Assembly: GCA_963702015.1 (NCBI GenBank)
Contig: OY969698.1
Span: forward strand, 989,672-1,053,671
Reading direction: 5' to 3'
DNA from: an uncultured Planctomycetaceae bacterium
GTDB lineage: Bacteria; Planctomycetota; Planctomycetia; Pirellulales; PALSA-1355
Length of the DNA: 64,000 nt
Part shown: piece after piece, positions 12,747 through 21,311 of the stretch
Position numbering within the stretch: the stretch's first letter is position 1
How the letters are laid out: each line of letters begins with the position of its first letter
Translations under genes and position numbers: made by a program
The notes under the pieces: model-generated
The model's database searches: none
What the model saw: the letters and a program-made list of their open reading frames with translations, nothing else
Told to the model about the DNA's origin: nothing

Positions 12747-12987
12747 TTTCTGCCGCACGACGTGATCCTGTCGGCCCAGCCGGTCGCCGGGCTGAGCGTG
12801 CACAACCAATTGCGACTCCGTGGTTCGTTCTCGAGTGACGCTGCCCGGGCGCGTGCTGGTGCAACTCGACGTGGGTCAGCCCATTTGGGCCGAAGTGACG
12901 CCGGCCGCGGCCAGTGACCTAAAGATCGAAACCAGCAACACGCTCTATTGCCCGATCAAGTCAACCGCGCTGACGGTCATCGGGTAA
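12747..12987 (+). pseudogene. modC: Remnant of ModC C-terminal (TOBE/Mop) domain; modB and the ATPase part of modC are absent
   Basis: Lies only 40 bp after the modA stop. The translation ..DVILSAQPVAGLSVHNQL..VVRSRVTLPGRVLVQLDVGQPIWAEVTPAAASDLKIETSNTLYCPIKSTALTVIG* has one frame break near 12820. It matches the linker plus TOBE domain of ModC. There is no start codon and no Walker motifs. Confidence 0.55.
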
Positions 12988-13016
12988 TTGCCGCCAGAAG
13001 TGAGACTGGAGCAAAG

Positions 13017-13032
13017 TGCGGGAAACAGGACT
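13017..13032. repeat. Left direct repeat (orphan tRNA-Leu 3' fragment), TGCGGGAAACAGGACT
   Basis: Identical 16-mer to 21086-21101. Similarity continues imperfectly for about 10 more bp (GTAACCCGC versus TGAACCTGC). Confidence 0.85.
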
Positions 13033-13215
13033 GTAACCCGCGACAAAGTGTATTTGCTCGAATACGCGGATCCCACGGTTAATTCGGCATTGTCGGCCTA
13101 GATGGGTAAAATGTTTCGTCGGCCGGGGTAGCTCCCCGAATCGGCTCGGCGCTGCTGGTGGTTCTCACCTTCCGCCCGTGGCGCCGAGCTGGGCCGGCTT
13201 GAAAGGTGAGAAAAC

Positions 13216-13856
13216 ATGGTCGACGACGTCGAGCGTGTGTTGTGGCTGATTGACGATTGGGACCGGACCTATAACGAGATTCTCCAACTCTTTGGCGTCA
13301 CGCCCAAGGGGCTCGAAGATCGGCGCCAGCGCTGCTCACCCAGTCTTACGCGCGGCTGATCGTCCAGGGGAGCAAACTGACCGGGCCGGCCGAACTGGCT
13401 GGCATATCCTCTGGCCCGCTTCTCAAGTTGAACTACGCTCTGTCCGCTGGCCAGCATCCCGCCGATTCGATTTGGGATGAAGCCAAAGAGCAGATTGGCC
13501 GGTTGCGGGCGAAAGTCTCGGCGGGGATTGGTCACCCGGCTGTGATTCCGATCATGCAACCAACGCCGGTTGCGATTCCGACACTTTCACAACCCCGTGC
13601 CGCCCCATCGCTCGAACAAAGCGAGTTCGATATTCTCTGTTTTCTCAGCGAGTCGGATCCCGTTCTAAAGCTTCAGGTTGACATTGAGACCGGCGCGGGC
13701 GAGAGCATGTCGCACGGCAAAGCCGGCAAGCTGCTTAATAGGCTTGAGGAGCTGGAGTACGTCCACCGACCGAAGGGCAGCCGGAAGGGCTACGGCATCA
13801 CAATCGCCGGCAAAGCTGCCTTGCAATCCAAACCAAAAACACCCGTTGCAAGTTAG
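13216..13856 (+). pseudogene. Element-encoded DNA-binding protein with C-terminal winged-helix (one frame break near 13325)
   Basis: A GAAAGGTGAG RBS precedes the ATG at 13216. C-terminus ..SEFDILCFLSESDPVLKLQVDIETGAGESMSHGKAGKLLNRLEELEYVHRPKGSRKGYGITIAGKAAL resembles MarR/PadR-like wHTH domains. Confidence 0.45.
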
Positions 13857-13911
13857 ACGCTGTTTGAACGCTATTTGCACACCCCGATTCTTGGGTCGCG
13901 AAAATCAGGGT

Positions 13912-14109
13912 ATGGAAACAAACCATACCCTTCTCACCGCCGGCCGGATAGCGCACCGGCTGCGCGTGACGGTCGCTTGGCTGAAGTCTGAGGCCGACGC
14001 TGGCCGCGTGCCGTGTCTGCGAGCCGACCGCCGCTATCTATTCAGCCCGGAGGCTGTCGAGCGTGTCCTCGCTGAACGCGCCAACGGAAGCAGGGGGGCG
14101 GCCCAATGA
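13912..14109 (+). CDS. Helix-turn-helix (HTH_17 / AlpA-excisionase-like) protein
   Basis: METNHTLLTAGRIAHRLRVTVAWLKSEADAGRVPCLRADRRYLFSPEAVERVL matches the short excisionase/MerR-type HTH pattern common in integrative elements. Confidence 0.6.
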   Translation: METNHTLLTAGRIAHRLRVTVAWLKSEADAGRVPCLRADRRYLFSPEAVERVLAERANGSRGAAQ

Positions 14110-14229
14110 TCGATGCCCCCGAGCTGCCCCGGTCAAGGTCGAGGCCATCGGCGACTTCACGCCGACCGACGCCGCGACCGAAGCGCTCGCCCGCTGGCTG
14201 TTGGAGCTGGTCGAGGCGGAGGGGCGCCG

Positions 14230-14736
14230 ATGAAAACCAAACCTTTAGCCTCGCTACTGGACGCGCTGCCGCCGAGCAATCGACGACTCGAAGAAGAAGC
14301 GTGCAGTTGCCTGCTGATCGGCACCGAGCGATCGACCGGAATTCTTTGCGCTGGTCTTGAGCCCGAAGATTTTCACACCGAATTTTGCCGCATGCTGTTC
14401 GAGCAACTGAGAGCGGCCTGGTTCTCGGGAGTGCCGTTCAATAGCCGTGGCAGTCTCATCGAGGCGATGAAAGCCACCGGCTTGCTGCGGCTGCTGGAGA
14501 CCCGATCTGGGGACAGGACTACAGCGGAAGCCATTGCGATAACGATGCAGGCCGACGGCATTCCAGGCAACGCGAGATACTACGTGCAAGCACTGCGGGC
14601 GCTTCGCCTGCGGCGAGAACTGATTCGCATCGGTGCCGACATGATCCGGCAGGCCCACGATGAGACGATGCCCGTGGTCAACACGATCGGCAACACCTTG
14701 AAGATGATCGAAAAACTATGCGAGGCAACACCGTGA
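14230..14736 (+). CDS. DnaB N-terminal-domain-like protein
   Basis: ..LPPSNRRLEEEACSCLLIGTERSTGILCAGLEPEDFHTEFCRMLFEQLRAAW.. resembles the DnaB_N pattern (PP.n.EAE..vLG..l......l.peDF....h..iF). The ATGA overlaps the preceding small ORF. Confidence 0.5.
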   Translation: MKTKPLASLLDALPPSNRRLEEEACSCLLIGTERSTGILCAGLEPEDFHTEFCRMLFEQLRAAWFSGVPFNSRGSLIEAMKATGLLRLLETRSGDRTTAEAIAITMQADGIPGNARYYVQALRALRLRRELIRIGADMIRQAHDETMPVVNTIGNTLKMIEKLCEATP

Positions 14737-14899
14737 AGGATCACGAAGCGATCAACCTGGAGCTCAACGGACCGTCACGGTCAGCCGATCCGATTCTTGG
14801 GGCATCTCGAATACCAGAACGCGAGGCCGGCGACGAACCCGACGATCAGCCCTTCGATACCGCGGCGAAAAAAGAATCTATCGTCCCGAACAAAAAGAC

Positions 14900-15965
14900 G
14901 TGCCCGAGGCGGTTTGGGTTTGTCTGTCCGACGTCGAACCGCAGACGATTACGTGGCTATGGCAGAACAGGATTGCGCTGGGCAAGATCACCGCCATTTC
15001 CGGCGACCCCGGCCTGGGCAAAAGTTTGCTGAGTCTCGACCTTGCGGCGCGCATGACAACCGCACGCCGTGGCCCAACGATTCATCGACCGCGCCGATCG
15101 GCAACGTGGTTTTGCTGTCGGCCGAAGATGATCTGGGCGACACGATACGGCCAAGGCTCGACGCGGCCGGCGCTGACGTGAACAAGATTATTGCCCTTCA
15201 AGTTGTGCGGGGTCGCGACGGCGACGGCACCTATGACCGCATGTTCGATCTTGACCGCGACATGCCCAAGCTCGAAACGGCGATCATCTCTCTGGGCGAC
15301 GTGAAGTTGGTCGTGGTCGATCCGCTCACTGCATTCCTGGGCGAGAAGGTCAAGGCGAATGACAACGCGGAAGTACGGCGAGGTCTCGCGCCCCTCGCGG
15401 ACATGGCGGCGCGGCTCGGCGTGGCCGTGCTGGCGATCAATCACCTGCGAAAGAGCGACGGGCCGGCATGTACCGCACGCTGGGCAGCGTGGCGTTCGTT
15501 GCGACCGCGCGAGCGGCTTTCGTCGTCGTGAAAGATAACGACGACCCGACAGGCCGGCGTCGGTTGATGCTGCCCATGAAAAACAATCTCGGCAACGATT
15601 CGAGCGGGCTGGCGTTCGAGTTATCGCAGCGGCACGGTCGCGAGGGCCAGCCTTGCGTGCTCTGGGAGTCCGGCGCCGTCGACACGACAGCCGACAGCGC
15701 CCTGGCACCGGCAGCGGCCCCGCGAGGCCCCAAGCCCGAGGGGCGCGACCATGCCGGCGAGTTCCTTCGCGACGCGCTCGCAGACGGCCCACGGCTCGCC
15801 AAAGAGGTGACAGAGGATGCCCGCGAGGGCCACGGCATCGCCAAGCGCACCCTCGACCGGGCGCGGAGTGAATTGGGTGTGATTGCGTACCGCGAAGCGG
15901 TCCCCGGTTCGTGGTGGTGGAAGCTCTCTTCCAAGGATGCCACCAACAATGCCACCGACCCCTAG
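14900..15965 (+). pseudogene. AAA_25 / RepA-like (RecA-fold) ATPase, probable element replication protein (two frame breaks, about 15065 and 15465)
   Basis: WLWQNRIALGKITAISGDPGLGKSLLSLDLAARMTT (Walker A); NVVLLSAEDDLGDTIRPRL; VKLVVVDPLTAFLG (Walker B-like); LGVAVLAINHLRKS; GSVAFVATARAAFVVVKD. The start could lie further upstream (14733). Confidence 0.65.
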
Positions 15966-16005
15966 ATACGAACAATATGGCAATCTTGGCATTGTTGAGA
16001 TTTAT

Positions 16006-16028
16006 AGAGAGAAAGAGAGAGAGAGAGA
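16006..16028. repeat. Polypurine (GA)n tract in the element's AT-richer intergenic block
   Basis: AGAGAGAAAGAGAGAGAGAGAGA read directly from the sequence. It lies in a ~200-bp non-coding block (15966-16170) that also holds GTGACAA x2 at 16156-16170. Confidence 0.8.
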
Positions 16029-16170
16029 TGGAAATCGCAAGGATGCCACATTGTTTCTATATGGGGGACCGGCCCAGAATCGTAGGTTCTTCCCGAGGGG
16101 GTGGGGCCTGACCAGCGATACAAAAAGCCTCACTAACCCGTGCACTGTGTTCATTGTGACAAGGTGACAA

Positions 16171-16953
16171 ATGACACCCCGAGACCGCACGATTTTGGAA
16201 GTTGCGGGCGTCGTCGATGCCAGATTTTGGCCCCTGCCGCGATGGCCGACCAAGGGCCGATGGTGGCCACGTGGCAGGCCCGGCGGGCGTACCTTGGAGG
16301 CGGCCTGGATTTGGCCGCGACCGGCGGGAGCATGGCCGCTCGCAAAAGCGCCCAGCGGCGGCGCGATGAATTGGCCCGCGCTGGGCTGGTCACTATCTGC
16401 CGGGGCAAGGCGCGAGCGGTCGGAGTCCGGCTGACCCCTCTTGCGGACGCGCGGCGCGGCAGTTGGTGGGGCTGCCCCGGCTCAACCAAGTGTTCCCGCT
16501 CGTCAAAGAGATCGTCGTGCAGGCCCGCGCGTCAGCGCACCGATTTGGGAATGCGAAATTCTCGACACGGCTTATCCGCCCGACGGCTCCGCTGCGCTGT
16601 TCGACCGACTCGCCGGGAAGTTGCTGCCCGGCTTGGTTCGCGGCTGGCTCAGTAGCAACGCGGATGCCTACGGCCGTGTGGGCTACGCGCCCGGCCTGCG
16701 AGCCGATGACATGCCCAACGAGTTGCTCGAGTCCGAACGGTTCGAGTTCGACGAAAGCAACTTCCCGCCGATCGCCGAGGCGGTTGCTGCCTACTGCGAT
16801 GCGCGCGACGCCGAGCGCGACCGTTTGGCCGCTGGCTCGGCCGAGTCGAGCGAAGTTGTGATTCCGTTGTCGGCCGGGCTCTGGCCCGCCACGAAATTCA
16901 CGAGCGTAGCACCGACTCTCCCCGAGTGGAAGCAAGCCAAGGGGCTTCGATGA
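16171..16953 (+). pseudogene. Hypothetical element protein (~260 aa, several frame breaks), possible wHTH segment
   Basis: MTPRDRTILEVAGVVD..; ..RRRDELARAGLVTICRGKARAVGVRLTPLA..; the C-terminal half (ORF 16441..16953) reads cleanly: LFDRLAGKLLPGLVRGWLSSNADAYGRVGYAPGL.... No family recognised. Confidence 0.4.
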
Positions 16954-17145
16954 GCGCCAACGCGCCGCAATTCGAAACCACGGCGCAGGCGTGCCAGTCG
17001 TGCGCGTGAAGTTGCCGCGGTGCCCCGATTGCGGATCGGCAAAAGTGCACCGCAGGACCGGTCTGTCGACCAGGGCGACGGAAGCCGACTGCGAAACACA
17101 CTCTGCAACGTGTGCGGAAAAAAGTTTTTCATCGTCGTTGAGTAA
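16950..17145 (+). pseudogene. Small zinc-ribbon protein (two frame breaks)
   Basis: The ATG overlaps the upstream stop (ATGA). ..RCPDCGSAKV.. and ..LCNVCGKKFFIVVE* give CxxC...CxxC. Confidence 0.4.
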
Positions 17146-17193
17146 GTGCCAGATGTTGGCAGTTGGACACTTTGGCTCGAGTATCATTCGCAC

Positions 17194-17376
17194 ATGGCAA
17201 CGAACTACGAAAACTCGCGCGGGTACCTTTGCCAGATGCTCGGCGTCGACCTGCGAGGGCTCGACGACGCGATTCGGCGCTGGACGTCGCGCCGTCGACT
17301 GTCACCGATGGCTTCGGAGCGCTTCGACGCGGAGGCAACGCAACGGCTCGCCGATTATTTTCGCCAGCAAACCTGA
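17194..17376 (+). CDS. Hypothetical small protein
   Basis: MATNYENSRGYLCQMLGVDLRGLDDAIRRWTSRRRLSPMASERFDAEATQRLADYFRQQT. Intact, co-oriented, possible HTH. Confidence 0.4.
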   Translation: MATNYENSRGYLCQMLGVDLRGLDDAIRRWTSRRRLSPMASERFDAEATQRLADYFRQQT

Positions 17377-17458
17377 ACAAACGAAATGCGAGCGGTGCCG
17401 GGCGCGGCTTATGAAGTTGGGACGCCGCCGGCACCCGCGCCGAAAGGAAACCGAGACT

Positions 17459-17701
17459 ATGCCTGAGATCCGACTGGATGAGACGAGTTGCCAAACGTGC
17501 GGCGGCCACGGCTCGATCACAAACGTCGCCTACATGCAAAAACTTGCCGCGATCATACCGGAGAAGTTGGCGGCTGGGGTCACGATCGAAGATCCGCAGA
17601 CGATCACCTGCGAAGCATGCGCGGGCACTGGCTTCGCGGCGAGTCACGGTTTCTGGAAACTGCGGGCGATGCTCAAGCGCACTGAATCACTTCCTTACTG
17701 A
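17459..17701 (+). CDS. Small protein with two DnaJ-type CxxCxGxG zinc-finger motifs
   Basis: MPEIRLDETSCQTCGGHGSITN...ITCEACAGTGFAASH. Confidence 0.5.
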   Translation: MPEIRLDETSCQTCGGHGSITNVAYMQKLAAIIPEKLAAGVTIEDPQTITCEACAGTGFAASHGFWKLRAMLKRTESLPY

Positions 17702-17712
17702 TCGAGAAAAAA

Positions 17713-17904
17713 ATGGACTACGCCGCACAAGTGCTCGTCGAGATGCGAACAAGCGGTTGCGATCATCGCGAGGCTTGCAAGCGCGTGGCGAAACGCGACC
17801 CGCGAGCGCATCGGACATTTTTGCTGGCGACAAATTCGCCGCGAGTGCACCACCTGATCCGCGACCGATTTGCACAGGAGTCAGAGCGAAAAAACGTGAG
17901 GTAG
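17713..17904 (+). CDS. Hypothetical small protein (paralog of 18088-18307)
   Basis: ..LVEMRTSGCDHREACKRVAKRDPRAHRTF.. aligns with ..LVREQMRRTGCDRATAAKAVKRQHPACWQSM.. of the next-but-one ORF. Confidence 0.45.
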   Translation: MDYAAQVLVEMRTSGCDHREACKRVAKRDPRAHRTFLLATNSPRVHHLIRDRFAQESERKNVR

Positions 17905-18087
17905 CCATGAGGGGTTATTGGTGCGCAGGATCGTCGCCTGCACCGGATATTTTCAGCGGCCTGGGATGCTAAAGCTGACCTGATTGTCACTGACTGGTGC
18001 GCCTTCCTTGAAACGCCCGCTGAGCGAACGACCACACTAGGCGGGCAGAAAAACAAACTGTCTTTTTTCATACGCAAGGAGTGAACC

Positions 18088-18307
18088 ATGCGACCAAGTC
18101 CGATCACGCGATGGAACCGCGCTGGTGCGGGAACAAATGCGCCGCACTGGCTGCGATCGCGCCACGGCAGCTAAGGCTGTGAAACGGCAGCACCCGGCTT
18201 GTTGGCAGTCGATGACGTTCGCGAGCAACAAAGGCCACGACGTCGCTTTGACTGAGGACTACCTACTCGGCCGCGCCGACGACGATGAAAAGAAAGGTTG
18301 TGCATAA
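18088..18307 (+). pseudogene. Hypothetical small protein (paralog of 17713-17904; one frame break near 18115)
   Basis: A CAAGGAG RBS precedes the ATG at 18088. The downstream frame is ORF 18125..18307. Confidence 0.4.
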
Positions 18308-18753
18308 TGAGCACTGCCACCGAATCCGAAACCTGCCCCGACGTCTTTGCCATTCAAGCGGCGATCGATGCTCTTCTCGCGAGACGAGCGCGACGCGAGG
18401 AATTGTCAGCCGACGAGCAAGGCATCTTGAATTATCTGTTTGGTCGGCCGAGCGAATCCGACCGCCAGCGCAATGAGATCGCACGCATGGCTGCCGTGCG
18501 TGATGCCCAGCGATGCTACGCCGCAGCGCACGACACCTGCGACCACGACGGCATGGAACGCGCGGCGTCCACCCTGCGACACCTGGCCCCCGCGTGGGTG
18601 AAATCCCCGGCCGGGCATGCCCTCGCGATCGAAGAGGCGACGGCCCGCCGTGAGTTGGGCATTAAGACGAGTCGGCGCGACACACTCCCGCGGTCGTCTC
18701 CAGGCACCGACTTGAGCCGCGCGGTACCGCTGCGGGGACGATTGAGCAAGTGA
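18307..18753 (+). CDS. Hypothetical protein
   Basis: MSTATESETCPDVFAIQAAIDALLARRARREELSADEQGILNYLFG.... TAATG start/stop overlap with the preceding ORF. Confidence 0.45.
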   Translation: MSTATESETCPDVFAIQAAIDALLARRARREELSADEQGILNYLFGRPSESDRQRNEIARMAAVRDAQRCYAAAHDTCDHDGMERAASTLRHLAPAWVKSPAGHALAIEEATARRELGIKTSRRDTLPRSSPGTDLSRAVPLRGRLSK

Positions 18754-19028
18754 AGTTGCCCCCGGCCGAAACCGACCCGACGATTGTTGAGTTTTGCCGG
18801 CGAGAATTCGCCCCCGGCGACGCGTGCTTTCCGCGAGCGCTCGAACGGCGGGCTCAGCAGCTATTGGGTCGACAAGGCGAGTTGGTTCATCGCCTGTCGT
18901 GACTTGTCGGCCGAAGCCGATCGGCTCGATCGCGAAATCGTCGACGGCGAAGCTGCGCGTTGGCCGAGATCACGCAGGCCCGGCAAGAGCACGAACGATC
19001 GCGCGCGGAAATTTACATTCCCGACTGA
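18750..19028 (+). pseudogene. Hypothetical protein (two compensating frame breaks)
   Basis: The GTG overlaps the upstream TGA. VKLPPAETDPTIVEFCRREFAPGD... ...LAEITQARQEHERSRAEIYIPD*. It is followed by a strong terminator. Confidence 0.35.
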
Positions 19029-19056
19029 AGCGATCTGACCTACGCTCGTAGCGTGG

Positions 19057-19104
19057 CTCGCCGCCGGTCGGTGGTGTAGGCCCGACCGGCGGCGAGTTCT
19101 TTTG
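19057..19104 (+). terminator. Rho-independent terminator closing the element's left operon
   Basis: Perfect 15-bp stem CTCGCCGCCGGTCGG / CCGACCGGCGGCGAG (19057-19071 / 19082-19096), followed by TTCTTTTG. Confidence 0.8.
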
Positions 19105-19153
19105 CCGGCTCGGCTGAGATTGATTCGCCTGCTGGACGTGGTACGATATGCGT

Positions 19154-19191
19154 TCCTGAATTCTCCAAGTAGTCCTGAATTCTCCAAGTAG
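19154..19191. repeat. Perfect 19-bp tandem direct repeat x2 (TCCTGAATTCTCCAAGTAG) upstream of the recombinase gene
   Basis: Read directly: 19154-19172 and 19173-19191 are identical. Confidence 0.9.
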
Positions 19192-19420
19192 GAGCAAAGC
19201 CCCCACCCGTTCGCTTGTGCGATTCGCCAAGCGCGCTGCGCTTCCAAGGCCCGCGACGTGGAACTACTTGCCACGTAGGAGCGAGGGAACGGGTTGGGGC
19301 TATCCTTCGGAGCACGCATTACACGCACCCTCGCAGCCGACGACCTGCAACACGTTCGAGGGCATCGGCTGCTCGGCAGGAGCGATCCTAGCGAACCGTT
19401 TTTGATGAAAGGTGGGCGAA

Positions 19421-21085
19421 ATGATTCGAGCAACGAAGAGCGAGCCAATTTTGGCCGCAACGTGCATCCGAATGAGCAGCAGCCAGCAGGAGGCGAGCCC
19501 GGACCAACAGCGTGCCGAACTGGTCAAGCTGGCGAAACGGTACAACGCCAAGATCGTGGGCGAGTATTTCGACGAGGGCATTAGCGGCGTGGCCACCGAC
19601 AAGCGGCGTGGTTTTCTCCAGATGTTGAACGATGCCAAGGGCGGCAAGTTCAAGCTGATCTTGGCTTGGGACCAGGACCGATTCAGCCGGCTGGACTCGA
19701 TCGACTCGGGCGAAGTTATCGCACCGCTACGGCGGGCCGGGGTTCGACTCGTCACCTGCACCCAAGGCGAGATCGACTGGAACACGTTCGCAGGACGATT
19801 AGTGTTCAACGTGGCCCAAGAGGGGAAGAATCAATTCCTCCATGATCTGTCTCGCAATATGTGCCGCAGTCTCTTGCAGCGTGGGCAGGCGGGCGAGTTG
19901 TTCGCCAAGCCACCTACGGCTACGAGCGGGTTATCGTCGACAACACCGGCCGGGAAGTGCGGCGGGTCCGGCATGGCGAGACATTCCGCAAGCCAAAGGG
20001 ATGGACCGCCCGCATCGTCCTGGCCGATGACGCGGAGATTGTTGGCGCGGTGCGGGAACTGTTCCAACAATTCGCCAGCACCGATGCAAGCCTTCAATCG
20101 CTGGCCGTTGAACTGAACCACCGGGGCCTCAGGACGAGCCGGGGGAAAGCGTGGCGCCACGATGGGGTGGGCGAACTGTTGGCCAATCCGTTCTATGCGG
20201 GCACCTATACTTTCGGCAAAACACAGATGGGCAAATTCCACCACGTTGACGCCGGCGGCTCGATCACCAAAACGACCGACCGCAAGAAACATCGGTTGCC
20301 GATTGTCGTGCTTGAGGATCACCATCCGGCTATCGTCGACCGCGGCACGTTCGAGCGCGTGCAGGCCAAGCTGGCGGAGCGGCGGGTCACCGGCCTGCGC
20401 CCCGGTCGGGTTCCTTCCCACTGTCGGGCGTGCTCAAGTGCGGACACTGCGGCTGCCCCCTCAGTGGCAGCACCCACCGGGCAACCAACGGCACCGTCCG
20501 GCGATACTACTATTGCTTTGGCGGGTCGCGTGGAACCTGCTCCCAATTCCGCGTCGGTGCCGATCGCATCGAGGGGATCGTCGCGGACTTCTTCAAAGAC
20601 ATCTGGCTGGCACCCGACGCGGCCGAGCGGTTGCGAGCCGAGTTAGTCCTCCAAGCCACCCACAAGGCGGCGCTCTCACCAGGGGCGCAAGAGGGGCTGC
20701 GGAACAAGCTGGCCAAGATCGAGCGGCAGATTGAGCGAGGTCAGCAAAACCTGCTGCTGGCCGATCCGCAGGACGTGCCCGCCTGCCAAAAGCTACTGGC
20801 GACGTGGCGAGCCGAGCGGAGCGAACTGGAAGCCAGCCTGGACGCCCTGAGTGGCCAGCAGATGACCGGCGAGCATGGGGTCGAACAGATTGCCGACCGG
20901 GCAATGCACGAACTGCGGCACCTTCACAAGCGCATGTCAGGGGGCAACCCGGCAACTGCCCGCAGCGCATTTATGGAAATGTTCTCAGGCGGGATCAGCC
21001 TGATGTTCCACCCGAGGGCAGGCGGCCGGGGCCGGTTCCATCTGGCCCGCGTGCTGATCCAAAGCAAATCGCAATTACACTTTAC

Positions 21086-21104
<19 letters not shown>
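19421..21104 (+). pseudogene. Large serine recombinase (two frame breaks, about 19900 and 20425)
   Basis: Resolvase catalytic domain: AATCIRMSSSQQEASPDQQRAELVKLAKRYNAKIVGEYFDEGISGVATDKRRGFLQMLNDAKGGKFKLILAWDQDRFSRLD. Recombinase domain: ..HGETFRKPKGW..VRELFQQF..SLQSLAVELNHRGLRTSRGKAW... Zinc ribbon: LKCGHCGCPLSG...RRYYYC. Coiled-coil tail. The stop (21102-21104) lies inside the tRNA/right repeat. Confidence 0.8.
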
Positions 21105-21169
<65 letters not shown>

Positions 21170-21311
21170 AAATCGAAAGGCATCTCGGTTCGGACCGCCG
21201 GAGGCGGCGCCGAACCACCGAGTCTACGCCTTTTGACTCCGCCGTCAAGCGCGGAGGCCGCTGGGCGCCGGCAAGACCCGAAAAACAAGGCCGATTGAGC
21301 CGGCTGGATCG

